A stretch of 63,698 nucleotides of DNA, counting the filler. It is 15 parts of 15 records of this genome, joined end to end, with 100 filler letters (N's around TTAATTAATTAA, not from the genome) between each part and the next. Parts side by side here need not be neighbours in the genome. Positions count along the whole stretch, not along the records: positions 21,463 to 24,540 come from SRR15195285_3130; positions 24,641 to 27,649 come from SRR15195285_3131; positions 27,750 to 32,746 come from SRR15195285_3134; 12 more parts are not named here. One strand, 5' to 3'. Under the pieces are notes generated by a model. It did no database searches, was not told the origin of the DNA, and saw only the letters and a list, made by a program, of their open reading frames with translations. Below are positions 21,463 to 32,746 of the stretch, piece after piece. Position numbers and translations under genes: made by a program. Within the stretch, counting starts at the first letter, position 1; each line of letters opens with the position of its first letter.

Positions 21463-24126
21463 CCTGAGTCAGCTGTGGCTGTCCTAACCTGCCATGGTGG
21501 CGCCGGTACAGATCATGAAGATGATGTGTGTGTTGTACCGGAGGCTGCGCTTGCATCTTGGGCGGAGCTTACCGAACCGGAGGCTGCCGCTGCTGTTGCT
21601 TTTGGCTGGACAGAAGAGTCATGGGACTCCTGGTGCGACAGCGAGGCTGATTTTCTTGCCAATGGTGACGATTGCACTGTCGAAGAAGAGTGGGACTGTT
21701 GGTCGTTCTACTGCGACCCAGACACACTTACCTGCGATGACTACGACATCTTCGATGATGGCAGGGCAGACATCGGTGCAGAGTGTACCGAAGACACCGA
21801 CTGCGAGTCATTGTACTGCGCTCCTAGCACACAGCAGTGCGAAGAATGGAGTCTGGGTGACGCAGGTGAATCCTGCATGTCAAATGAAGACTGCTGGTCC
21901 GATATGTGCGAGTCACAGCAGTGTGTTGATTTCCTGCCCGATGGTCATGACTGCATATCAGATTGGCAATGTTTCTCTTGGTACTGCGACCCAAGCACGG
22001 GCACTTGTACCGAGCCGACATTTTTGGCTGCCGGGGAATCGTGCGAAAACGATGAGCAGTGCGAAAGCTACAACTGTGATATTGGGAACCAAGTGTGCGC
22101 TGAATCTGACTATCTTGATTTCATGAGTCTTTTTGCGGAGAACGGTGCGCCTTGTGAGACGAGCGACGATTGCTGGTCTTCCTATTGTGATCCCGAAGCC
22201 GACGTGTGCGCTGACATGGTGTTTGGCGATGCCGGTGACGCTTGCGATGTCAACGCCGACTGCTGGTCATTCATGTGTGACCTTGCGACGGCTCAGTGTG
22301 TCGACCCGAAAGCCGTCGGGGAAGCGTGCGAAGCTTTCCATCAATGCGCCACATATTTGTGTGCGAACGGAGTGTGTGCTGAGCCGTCCTTCAGCGAAAA
22401 TGGTGCCGGGTGCGACGAGGACTACGATTGCATGTCATTTTTCTGCGACCCAGTCATTTCGACATGTCGTGATCGTACGTATCTAGAGAACGGCGAGTCT
22501 TGTGTGGCATCTACGGACTGCTCATCTTTCAACTGCGACAACGGAGTGTGTCGAGACCTTTTCCTCCAATTCGAAACCAGTTTGCTTGAAGTTGGCGAGG
22601 CGTGTTCTGTGAATGCCGACTGCTATACGCTCGTGTGTGACACAGATACAAGCTCGTGCGTTGATCCTTTTGCACCTGAAGTGGCAGAACCTTGTGGCGC
22701 CAACGAATACGTACGCGACAGTCGATGCAACCTGTGCCCTGCCGGAAAAACCAGTCCCGCAGGCAGCGACCCGGACGGGGTGGACACTGACTGCATGCCA
22801 ACTCTGTGCGCAGCGGGCCAGTACGTGATGGCCAACGAGTGTCTCGACTGCGATCCCGGGTTTACTGCTCCAGAAGGCGCGGACGCGTCATCCCCGCGGA
22901 CGACCACGTGCAGTCCAATTCCAGTGACAGGCATGTGCGCAGGCAACACAATCGAATCAGAAGATGTCCAGTGCGGTGCAAATCAACTACTTGTCCCAGA
23001 TCCAGAGAACACTCCGGGTACTACCCGTGCCGCCTGTTGTGACCGCAAGCCAGCAGCAGCGCCAATTGAGACGTTTGTCTGGGAGGCCTCGCCTTGGAGC
23101 GAGTGCGACTTCGGCTGCGGATCTCGACAGCCTAGGCAGCGCGATATCCGCTGCATGAAAGTAGTGACGTACGAAACTGGAGTAACAGATCGCCCGGTCG
23201 AGGTTCCGGGTTCATCGTGCGAAAGCGACGACATGCCAAGTACCGCAATGCAATGCGACATTCTACCGGAAGGTACACCATGTGATGATGACAACCCTGA
23301 TACCACGAACGACCAGTGCAACTTGCGGGCCGCTGATGCCGAGTGTGTTGGCGTGGTGGCCATGGTATCGAAACTGAGATTTGACATTGACATTGACAAC
23401 ATTGATCTGCCGGACGCTGCCACGGCAACTTCTGAAGAAATCGATTCAAGTCCAGCTGCTGTTGCTATCAAGGAAGCACTTGCGAGCGAGCTGGGGTCGG
23501 CCTTCGGACCAGATGCAACCATCATCATCATCAGCATTGCAGCTGGTTCTATGGTAGTGGACTACCGTATCGAGGTACCCGTTGCTGCCGCGACCCAAGA
23601 AAACAAAGCTGCTGCGATGGAGAGTCTGAGTGATGGCCTCACTGCTGCTGTAGCGCTACCTGCTGCAGATGGCACCGGCGATGTGCAGCTACCTGATCCA
23701 ATAGCAGCACCACTGGTGACGTACGCGTACGTACGTGTGGCGCCCACTTGTCCCGTCACCTGCTCGAACGATTGTGGAACGCCAGCGCTTCTGCGAAGCG
23801 ACGTCTACAGGTGCCTTGTAGATGGAGCGCCCGTGCAAGGAGCTACTGCATGCATCAATGCGCTGGGGGCACCACCGTCGACTAGGACCACTTGCTGCTC
23901 TGCAGCTGATCCGGAGTCCTGCAGAGCTCCGATGCCCATCCTCTCGGCTTCTTTCAATCGCAACCAAGGCGGCGAAGAAGTACCTCCACCAAGCGGCGGT
24001 GACGACGGCGACGACGGCGACGACAGTGACGACGGCGAAAACGTTCCTGATAAGACGTCCACTGGCACGACTGTTGCTTTTATGGCCAGCCTTCTCGCCG
24101 CGTCTGCGCTCCTTGGGGCAATGTAA
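21463..24126 (+). CDS. Acidic Cys-rich repeat cell-surface protein with TSP1-like domain and probable GPI signal, 5' partial
   Basis: About 11 repeats of G.xC...xDCxS..C.....C; GCC-like CNLCPAG; WSECDFGCG..QRDIRC (TSP1); C-terminal acidic spacer then hydrophobic tail TTVAFMASLLAASALLGAM*. Confidence 0.78.
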   Translation, partial: PESAVAVLTCHGGAGTDHEDDVCVVPEAALASWAELTEPEAAAAVAFGWTEESWDSWCDSEADFLANGDDCTVEEEWDCWSFYCDPDTLTCDDYDIFDDGRADIGAECTEDTDCESLYCAPSTQQCEEWSLGDAGESCMSNEDCWSDMCESQQCVDFLPDGHDCISDWQCFSWYCDPSTGTCTEPTFLAAGESCENDEQCESYNCDIGNQVCAESDYLDFMSLFAENGAPCETSDDCWSSYCDPEADVCADMVFGDAGDACDVNADCWSFMCDLATAQCVDPKAVGEACEAFHQCATYLCANGVCAEPSFSENGAGCDEDYDCMSFFCDPVISTCRDRTYLENGESCVASTDCSSFNCDNGVCRDLFLQFETSLLEVGEACSVNADCYTLVCDTDTSSCVDPFAPEVAEPCGANEYVRDSRCNLCPAGKTSPAGSDPDGVDTDCMPTLCAAGQYVMANECLDCDPGFTAPEGADASSPRTTTCSPIPVTGMCAGNTIESEDVQCGANQLLVPDPENTPGTTRAACCDRKPAAAPIETFVWEASPWSECDFGCGSRQPRQRDIRCMKVVTYETGVTDRPVEVPGSSCESDDMPSTAMQCDILPEGTPCDDDNPDTTNDQCNLRAADAECVGVVAMVSKLRFDIDIDNIDLPDAATATSEEIDSSPAAVAIKEALASELGSAFGPDATIIIISIAAGSMVVDYRIEVPVAAATQENKAAAMESLSDGLTAAVALPAADGTGDVQLPDPIAAPLVTYAYVRVAPTCPVTCSNDCGTPALLRSDVYRCLVDGAPVQGATACINALGAPPSTRTTCCSAADPESCRAPMPILSASFNRNQGGEEVPPPSGGDDGDDGDDSDDGENVPDKTSTGTTVAFMASLLAASALLGAM

Positions 24127-24640
24127 GCGCGTGGACCAAAAGATCACCCTGGATGTCCTAGAAAGACGTGGGCCGCATGTATCCGATAATTTCTGATCAT
24201 TTGTGAAGGATGAAATGTTGTGGCGAATGGCCTAGACATGAAATTGTACCAATGTACAATCATCTGGAACCCTCCCACTCTGCCCTGATTCATACCACTT
24301 AGGGGTGCTCACACCTGGCGCCTGGGACTTGTCAAAAGTTCAACTTGCATCCGATGCCCGACTTGCGCGCCGTGGTCCGGGTCGCACAGAAGCAACTTGA
24401 ACAGTGATTTGCACGCTAGCAATTTGAACAATTTTGGACAGTGATTTGACTACCGTAATTAGGTACGGGATACACACAGGGAGGTACAAAGGTAGTGCGG
24501 ATTCCTATAGTACGTAGAACGATGGTATAATATGAGAGCCNNNNNNNNNNNNNNNNNNNNNNNNNNNNNNNNNNNNNNNNNNNNTTAATTAATTAANNNN
24601 NNNNNNNNNNNNNNNNNNNNNNNNNNNNNNNNNNNNNNNN

Positions 24641-27355
24641 GCCCAGCGAGTCTTACTTGACGTTGGCGTAGGAACTCTTGCTGTGCCCCGAAAGCTGGGA
24701 TTTCGCCCGGAAGATTGAAGTTCTTCCATCCAGTGTGATTCTGAAGAAAGGCGCCTTGGCATAACATGACACGAAATAGTGAGATCCTGAGGTCTAGATA
24801 TACCATTTCTTGGCTGTGTGTCGCAACTTACTCTCTTCGTCGCATCCACCACTGCCTCGGCGACACTCGTCAGTATCTTTGCCGCACAAGTAACACCAGT
24901 GGCTGCCGCACGGACAGCTATCCATATGAATGCATGCGTCGTCTTTCAATGCTTTCACACCGCATTTGGGACTGCAGCAGAGCGTCAAAACAACCACAGA
25001 CAATTGTACAGCGACCGTAATGAACCAGATCAGACCGACAAATGGAACGGCAACATTTGCGCCAGCGTCACACTCAAACGCACCACTGCACGGTCCCGCC
25101 TCGTTCGAGAGCCTCGATAACCTTCAACCTGAGCTTGGCCACAGGGTCGTCTGGCACATTTTCGTTTGAAGCGGCCACCCCTGCCACTACTGTGCGGTTT
25201 TCGGCTATTGCTACACGCAACCGCGCTGTCTCCCACACATTGTGTGGGCAGAATCCTCGACCTACACTTCCACGCCCATGCGGTCAATTACCGTACATGT
25301 AAGGTACAAGAAAAGCATGCAAAAGAAACGCATTGGTCATACCGAGCAACTCGACTTCGCGAGACCACTCTTCGGGAGCAGGACGTTCAAAAGACACCTC
25401 GTTCTGGGACAATTACGCGCGTCATTAGACCCAAGTGGCGTAAATTAATGCTGGGCGGTAGAACTGCAGCCGTACCGTGACCGTGTTGAAGAAAATTGGC
25501 TGGGTCGACATTTGGTCTGTTTCCATAACCTGCATTTGCGAATGAGGTAATTACTTTTAAAATGCCGACGACTGATTTACACCAGACACTCAGCACTTAC
25601 CCAGTCATCCGGCAGGCCTGCACCTTCGTTGGGAGGCAAATTGTCGCGTCTGCTACCGACCGTGATTGTTGCATCGCGGTGTGAATCTATCACGATGTCA
25701 GCATGCCGTTCGCGCCAAAAGTTGGCCGAGCTGTTCCGAGGATCTAGCATGACTTGTTCAATCACTGACATGGGAATCGATCCACATGTGCAGTTCATCG
25801 TTGGTGATATCCAACTACCAGGCACAGTTTGTTCAGGTGATCCAGGCCGCGAGACACCAAGCGCATCAGCAGACTGATCCGGTTCTGGCTCAGGCTCCCC
25901 CTCATGCTCCTCACCAAACGGTCCCCGACTGGTACGCACCCGGATGTTGGCTTGATCTGCCACATCATCGAGACTTGTGGGCACGCACCACTCATGAAAG
26001 TCGTCGTCCAGATTTAGCAGCAGCACAACTTGTACACCTAGCTCTCTGCTCAACCCAAGACAGAGGCCCTCAAGGTCCGTGGCAGATACAGCAAGCTGTC
26101 GGGGTGGGCCATAGCCCGGCCCACTTTCGCCTTCAGGCTTCGCCTCAACAGACATTTGGAGCAGCCGCGCCGATCTGGACTGCTCAGCTGATGAAACATT
26201 GGCATGTGGCGCTAACTGTGCCTTCGTATGTCCTTCCCAGAATGCACAAGGCAAGCACCCCGCTGCGCTTATTACAACGCCAGTGCTGTTCTGAATCTCT
26301 CCCTCGAAATACGACCCTTCAGCACAGGCGCGCATGATGTAACCACCGAAGCACACAGCGCAGAGAAAGTGTGATGGCTGGGCAGACGCGCACTGCCCGC
26401 CTTCCCAATTCGCAAAGCTGAGTTTGCATCGAGCGCAGACTCGGCGCTCGTCGGTCAGAATGGCGCTACTTGGAGGACTCGTCGCCAGCTCAACCTTCAG
26501 CTGCTTGATCTCGTTCAGCTTATCGGCGAGGGCCGCGCGGGCACCGGATTGCGTGCGTGCGAGAGCAACAGTCTGCCGTCGAACGTGCGTGAGCGTGCGC
26601 AGCAGCATCTCCCTAGAGTTTGCTGCGTCAGAAGTCTGCATCTCCGCCCAACGGCGGCGCGCTAGCAGGTGCAGCTTGTGCGGCGAAACACCAGGGCTTT
26701 CGATATCTTCGGCGTCGCCGTCAACGCCCCGATTTGCGGTGTGTAGAAGTGCTCTTTGGATCGTGGGCAACGGTATATGTCCACAGTCGCATTCTTGCGG
26801 AAAGAGTGGGCAAGGCAACGAGCCCGGTGGTGAGCCATCCAAGTCTTTCATGTACCGACCTTCTCCAGGGCACTCGTTTTGCACTACCGCGGAGCCAAAG
26901 CACGGCATGCATAAGAACAGATCGCAGCCTGTGCACAAGACACCATCCTCCGCAGCAAAGACCTTGCTGCATCCACCAACTGTCAAGTTTGCATCACAGG
27001 TGTGGCGTGCGCCAGACGGTCCGCGCAGCATGGCAGCACGCAGCACCTGCGAGCGAAGTTCCTGGATATCGGCGTCCAGCTGCCGTAGCTGTGTTCGGGC
27101 GCGCTGTGCTCGAGCGACACGCCCGAGTGCTCTGCGACGCACATCGGTCGCTGGGGTAGAAGGATCGGCTGCGACTGCCGCTTCCAGGTCTTCCTCTGCA
27201 CTCGGAGTGCGCACCAAGGCTTCGCCCGAGACGACCGACTGCCGCGCCAGCTGCTCGTCGAAGACCTGGAGCCGACGCTCCGTCGACGTGCGAAGCTCGG
27301 TGCCGTGATTCCCACTGCTCAACAGTCCCTCCTGCAGCGGCCCGTGGCGGGGCAT
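24641..27355 (-). CDS. RBR-like E3 ubiquitin ligase with two RING-like units, WW-like domain and Rcat-like domain; multi-exon, 3' partial
   Basis: LCTGCDLFLCMPCF..LPCP and CARC..HFLCAVCF..LPCA; spliced LPDDWVMETDQMSTQPIFFNTVT-NEVSFERP (WW-like); spliced VQCPKCG..KDDACIHMDSCPCGSHWCYLC (Rcat pattern with catalytic Cys). Confidence 0.7.
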
Positions 27356-27923
27356 CAAAGGCTCTCCCTCGCCACGTGCTGCCGGTTACTACCGCGTCTT
27401 GCGCACGCCCCGTCGCGAACTCGTCCTGCACCCCCACGCAGCCTCGCGATCGATCGCGAGCTGTGAACCGAGCGAGCACTATGTAATACAATATAGCGCG
27501 TGTTAGATCTACATTGCGGTGTTCGAGTGCGCAGTACCTTCATTCGTCGTTCACGAAGGACGAGGGTCCTCGAGGCGGCCGGGCGTACTATAGGCTCCAA
27601 CCGATCTGTCCAGTCTTGGCAAGTGCCCAGGTTGAGGAAAATTTCATCANNNNNNNNNNNNNNNNNNNNNNNNNNNNNNNNNNNNNNNNNNNNTTAATTA
27701 ATTAANNNNNNNNNNNNNNNNNNNNNNNNNNNNNNNNNNNNNNNNNNNNATATAACCTGGAGTCGTCTCTGACCGTTTCGACGACGGCGACTCGACACTG
27801 CCGGCCGGCCGACGCGCGTGGGGCTGCGCGCTGTAACCATCACCCCGGGCATGCACGCGCACGCTGGGCGGAATTTCATGCGCGATACGTATACTGTATG
27901 CGCGCGCGCTGCCCTCGGACCAG

Positions 27924-28843
27924 ACTTGGGACGAAATTATGGAACTTGTTGATGACGACCTTGATAGATTCAGGTCATATATCATTGACAACCAGCCAGG
28001 CCTGAACATGCCCTTGTGGGCCGACGATAAAGTGTCGTTGGCGCTTGGGTCGAATGAGCGGATGCTGCGCCCCTTCGTGGGCTTGTCATGCGTGTACGAT
28101 ATCGAGTTTATCGACAGTGCGTTGCAGAAACACCAAAGGCAGCTTATGACGGCCACGCAGCAAGCACGGCCAGCGGCCGCGGCGGTGGCAGAACCGGTCG
28201 ATGGCAAGCCGGCGATCACCCTGTCTGTCCACGCCACCGACAAGGCCAGAGTCCCGCCACTAGTCAAGAACCTACGCGAGCGGTTTGCCATAAGGATGAT
28301 TAGCACGACCGATGTCACGCAGTCCGTGGCTCTGCAGCAGCGCTACGACGAGCTCCTGCGTGGCACCTACCGGGGCATGCGCCAAAGTTCCCTCGAAGGA
28401 CTTTCAAAGTTCCCTCGACCGTGGTCGACTACTCACAGGCGGATGGGCGCTCCGTGCAGATCTGGTGCGTGGAGAATCAGATCGAGGGGATCAACGAGTA
28501 CCTGACGCGGTGGAACGCGAAGGGTGGCGTTGACAACCTGACACATCAGTTCGTGTGCAATCGACGCGAAGACGTGGCGCGACTGCCGCAGTTCCCCGTG
28601 TACATTATCTCCTGCGGGGCCTCGAAGCCAGGCGCGTCGGCCCGCCTGGACACTGCGTGGTGGCTTGACGAGGCGGGTGTACCTTACCGAATCGTCGTCG
28701 AGTCGACGGAGGCTACGTTCTACCGCTCTCAGGGCCTGAGTGGCACCGTGCTCGTGCTCCCCGACAACTTCCGCGCTGAGTTCGGGACGAGCGACGTGGC
28801 GGATGGCGTGCACCAGGGTGGCATCAGCTCATGTAATATGTAG
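27924..28843 (+). pseudogene. Frame-disrupted, truncated gene ending in a GREB1/TAGT-like glycosyltransferase N-terminal segment
   Basis: Two overlapping coding-like frames (27939-28505 and 28421-28843) that switch at a local duplication near 28383-28418; second frame has FPVYIISCG..TAWWLDEAGVPYRIVVE..Y..LVLP and then stops. Confidence 0.5.
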
Positions 28844-28918
28844 GCTGCACTAGCTGCTCCTGAAGGTGATTGAAACATCATTTGGATCTAGATTAATACG
28901 TGGCCCTCACGCCTCGTC

Positions 28919-30389
28919 TCAAGCAGAGAGGACAGTAATCTGGTTTGAGTCAACGGAGAGCTCAAGCATGGCCCTCGCCGCAGCATTGAATCCACCAGGG
29001 CCGGACACAACAATGCGGCATGGTTGTGGCATGCGCGCGACTGCCTCATCCACGACAGTGCTGCTGAGCCGCTCGCCCCTTAGCACCCGTGCATTGTCCA
29101 AGCCGTCGAGCTCGTGCTCCGCCGCACGACCGTCACCTAGCTCGCCACAATCTGGGAACACTGCATGATCAGAGTTGGCGGCCGTAAGCAGGAGAGTACA
29201 GTTGCGAACGCCACGGCTTTCGCCGGTTCTTGCAGCAGATTCGCCCTCTCGACAATATTCAGCAATCTTGGGCAAATACAACACGTCGTCGTCGCGGAAT
29301 GATAGCACCACGTCGATCGGTACCGGCAAACGGCTAGCTTGGGGCGTCCCGATGCCCAGCTTGTGTATCGGATCTCTGTGGTGTAGGATTTGAGGGAGGG
29401 CTACCACGCCGGTACCAGCGAGCAACAGCAGCACACTTTTGGGGATGAATCCTGGCTGTCCGCTAGGCATGAGGCCTGGCATCGCAAGCGTTTGCACAGG
29501 CTTGGACAGCCACACGCGAGCTGGGGATACTCGGTGCAACCATGAAGTCGCGGCGCCATCAGGATAGACTTTGATCAAAAGTGCGCATTGCCCCGCCTCC
29601 CATTCCTTAGCGCTGCTAACCGGAGTGTAGTCCCGCTCGATCCACGGCAATGGACCTTCATCGTTGCGTCCGATCTCCCCAAGCAATGTAACATGCCACG
29701 TCTTGGGTGTCGGCAAGACGCCGCGCCCACGGGGGTGTGGAGTACCCCGCTTTCGATCCGTGGACGAGAGCCGCCATACAGCACTGTGCTTTGACACAGG
29801 TGTCACCTCATCCACCGACCACTGCGAGTACTGTGCAATTGCGTCAGGCATTGTGCTGCGCTCGGCCCTGTTTCCGCCGAAACCAGCCAAAGTGAGTAGC
29901 TCCTCGAGGTCCTGCGTCAGCTCTGGCTGCCGCACAACTTGCTCCGTGAGACCATTAAGCGCCTTGTTCCAATGGAAGACTGAACGTGCAAACTGCCTGG
30001 TGCGCGTTAGCCGCAAGTCGGCGAACTTCTCCGTCTCGAGCTCTGTTGATGGCCTCTTCCCTGTAGCATCTTCTACAACGCGGGCGCTGTCTTCCAGGCT
30101 GCTGATCTTCACGTGCACCCGCTGTACGGGCGGGGGGAGAAGGGTCCGACGGATCGCTTCCTTCTGCCTCTTTCTTGACCAGCGCAGCTGGGCCCTGGCT
30201 GCAATAGCCCAGGCATCCCGTCGCTCGGACAACACACGAGTCGCTCACGGCGCGCGCCAGCTCCTCGATTTCGACAATTGTGGCCTCTCCGCCACGGGAA
30301 TGGCACGTACCGGACTGGCACACATAGATCTCGGGAGCAGTGTCCCGAACAGCGGCCCGGCGAGCACCCTTCTGGATGGCGGCCATCAT
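28919..30389 (-). CDS. Thioredoxin-like [2Fe-2S] ferredoxin fused to FAD/NAD(P)H reductase (FNR/cytochrome b5 reductase-like); frame switch near 30125-30180; start uncertain
   Basis: IYVCQSGTC...GCLGYCSQGP in one frame; ERDYTPVS, LLIKVYPDG, LLLAGTGV, VVSGPGGF in the next. Confidence 0.75.
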
Positions 30390-31008
30390 GACCGGCCACC
30401 AGTAGTAGTACCAGTAGGCGGGAGTTAATCGAAACCACCTCGTGAGCAACTCTTGCAGGGTGGGGGGTCGTCTACAAGTGGACCACCAGCTGTCACTGGG
30501 CGTATCGTACAGGTCTTGTATGATGATGCCATCGAGCGATCGCGCTCCGAACGCTGAGCGCGTGAGTAGGAATTCCTACACGCGTTTCGCTAACGCAATC
30601 GTTAACTTACAACTGAAATTTGTATACGCATACAAGCATCGCTTAGTCAGTCGCGAGCGCGCGCGCGCGCGCGCCGGCTGCCGCAGCAGCTGTATGAGTG
30701 TATGTGCCAGCCGCGCCGGCGCCGCCGCCGCCGTCGGCGGGTGGCGAGCAGAAAAATTTGCCCGGCGCCCCAGCCAGTTCGGCCCTCTGCCGCCCCTGCC
30801 CCCTGGATGCGCTAAGCAGCAGCACGGGAACGGCTGTACGCAGCCCCGGAACTGCTGTACGCAGCCCCGGAGGCTGATGCTGCCGTGACCCCGCAGCGCC
30901 GCGGGGGGAGCTCGATCGACGAGAGGTGGGCTGTGGAGCTCCAAGAGCGCGTCCTACGCGACCGTGTGGTAGGATCCGGGGCTGCTTCCGGTGATTCTGA
31001 CGGGACGG

Positions 31009-32004
31009 ATGGAAGAGATGCGAGTCGATCCGTCGGACGGCCGCGAGTACACCCGGGAGCAATTTATCGAGGAGTATGGAGAGGGGGACGGGGCACACAA
31101 TTGGGAGGAGGCGAGACAGTATATGGCAGAAGCTGCGACGCAGCGGCGGTCTCGCTTTGACGAGAAGCCCGACGACAACAGCCGAGTGGCAAAACGCTTG
31201 AAATGCAGCATGACATACAAGCCACAGCTGGACCGTGCATGGCGATTTGCGAAGTTCGACCGTGTCCGCTGCAATGTTGGTGGCGAATATGGATGGGTCT
31301 GCGGCCAAGTCCAAGCGGTCAACTTCGTCGACGAGGGTTGCTTGCTTCCGTACCTCGTGATGCTCGAGCCACCTCTGAAGCGAATGATTGCCGTGCCGTA
31401 CGATGCCCCCTCACACGTGCGTCCCGAGGTGTGTTTTGCGGATGGCCCCGCCGGTGGCGAGCCTGCACGAGCGATTAATCAGACTCTGACCTCGCAGCGC
31501 GTAGGCAAAATTTCGCTGCGATTTGACGTTGGAGCGCGCGTAGCGTGCCTGACCGCTGGACCGGATGGCTCCGGGTGGCCGCGGCGCTGGTCTGCTGGCA
31601 TCGTGCGCCAGCTTTGGTACAGGCCACACGGAGTGCATGCAGTCGGAGCGCACCCATACGCAGTGGTTCTTGACGAAACAGACTCGTGCGCACAGAAGGT
31701 CGTGGTCTGTCATCGCGACGACCATCTGTGCGTGCGTGCGCTTGAACTGCAACCTGCCGAAGAGTGCGTGGACCAGACAGTGCTGCAGCGTTTCACAGAG
31801 CGGCGTGACGAGCAGGCCGGTTGTGACGTGCGCATCGACCAAGAAACGTTTGGAGTGCGAACGATCCGCTCAGTTGATCACGATGTGACGCCCCTGCTGC
31901 CTCCCTGCGCCCCTCCTCCAGAGGTTCCACGACCACCAGGTCTTGTGTGGGATGCTGCTCAATTTTTGGGGAAAGCAGCAGAGTTTTCCTGCCCCATAGC
32001 CTAA
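31009..32004 (+). CDS. Hypothetical protein with N-terminal DPSDG.YT..F motif and two SH3-like folds
   Basis: RVDPSDGREYTREQFIEEYG; repeats RFAKFDRVRCNVG..W..G.V..PY.V.L and LRFDVGARVACL..W..G.V..LWYR..PYAVVLD; intronless. Confidence 0.65.
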   Translation: MEEMRVDPSDGREYTREQFIEEYGEGDGAHNWEEARQYMAEAATQRRSRFDEKPDDNSRVAKRLKCSMTYKPQLDRAWRFAKFDRVRCNVGGEYGWVCGQVQAVNFVDEGCLLPYLVMLEPPLKRMIAVPYDAPSHVRPEVCFADGPAGGEPARAINQTLTSQRVGKISLRFDVGARVACLTAGPDGSGWPRRWSAGIVRQLWYRPHGVHAVGAHPYAVVLDETDSCAQKVVVCHRDDHLCVRALELQPAEECVDQTVLQRFTERRDEQAGCDVRIDQETFGVRTIRSVDHDVTPLLPPCAPPPEVPRPPGLVWDAAQFLGKAAEFSCPIA

Positions 32005-32720
32005 GCGGTCAGGGCCACGGCCTGAACGGTCAGCTGGGCGCGTGCGGTAGCTAGAAGCTAGCTTAGTAGACGATTTGAATTTAGTGCAGCACGCAAATTG
32101 ACAGCAGTGGGTTCATAATTATCAACTGCTAGTCATACGTTGTTGCAGTTCACATGGACTCTATGCAGCCCGGTTGTTTCATGCACTGAGATGCAACGAT
32201 TGTCTAGTGCCTCTAGCCACACCGAAATTGCAACTCTTTTGATGATGAGAACCCAGTTTCAATGCATTCGCACACGACTTTAGTGACCACAGTCATTCCG
32301 GTGTTGTGCATGGAGCAAAGGCTCAGCAGGCCTTATGCCCGGTGTCAAGCTTAACGTAGTGTCGGCGCCTCTCATCATAGCCCTTCTCGCCTTTGCGGAT
32401 CATGGTGCCGATGCGCTAGGCGTTGCCATGCCGGTCGTGGATCTACCCTCGTAGTCTTTGGAGCGGTAGAGATGTAGGGAAGGGATGTGATAGTAAATGT
32501 CGAGCACATGACATGAACGTGAAAATATATTGCCCGTAATCGCCCATCTGAGCTCACCTACCCAGGTTTCGGCTCGAAAGTAGCCAAAGCGACGATGAAT
32601 ACAAACAAATAGCACACACATAAGACGGCAAATGCTGCTGTCTTCTCCTTGGAACTACCATCTTGGCACATACCAACCACAAACCCGCATAAGTGCTCGG
32701 GCATACATGTGCCTTCTGAT

Positions 32721-32746
32721 GGGGGGCATAAGGCCTTATGCCCCCC
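32721..32746. repeat. Perfect 26-bp palindrome GGGGGGCATAAGGCCTTATGCCCCCC at contig end; member of the dispersed GGGCATAAGGCC motif family
   Basis: Self-complementary by inspection; core also at 32329-32340, 40300-40311, 40669-40680. Confidence 0.9.
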
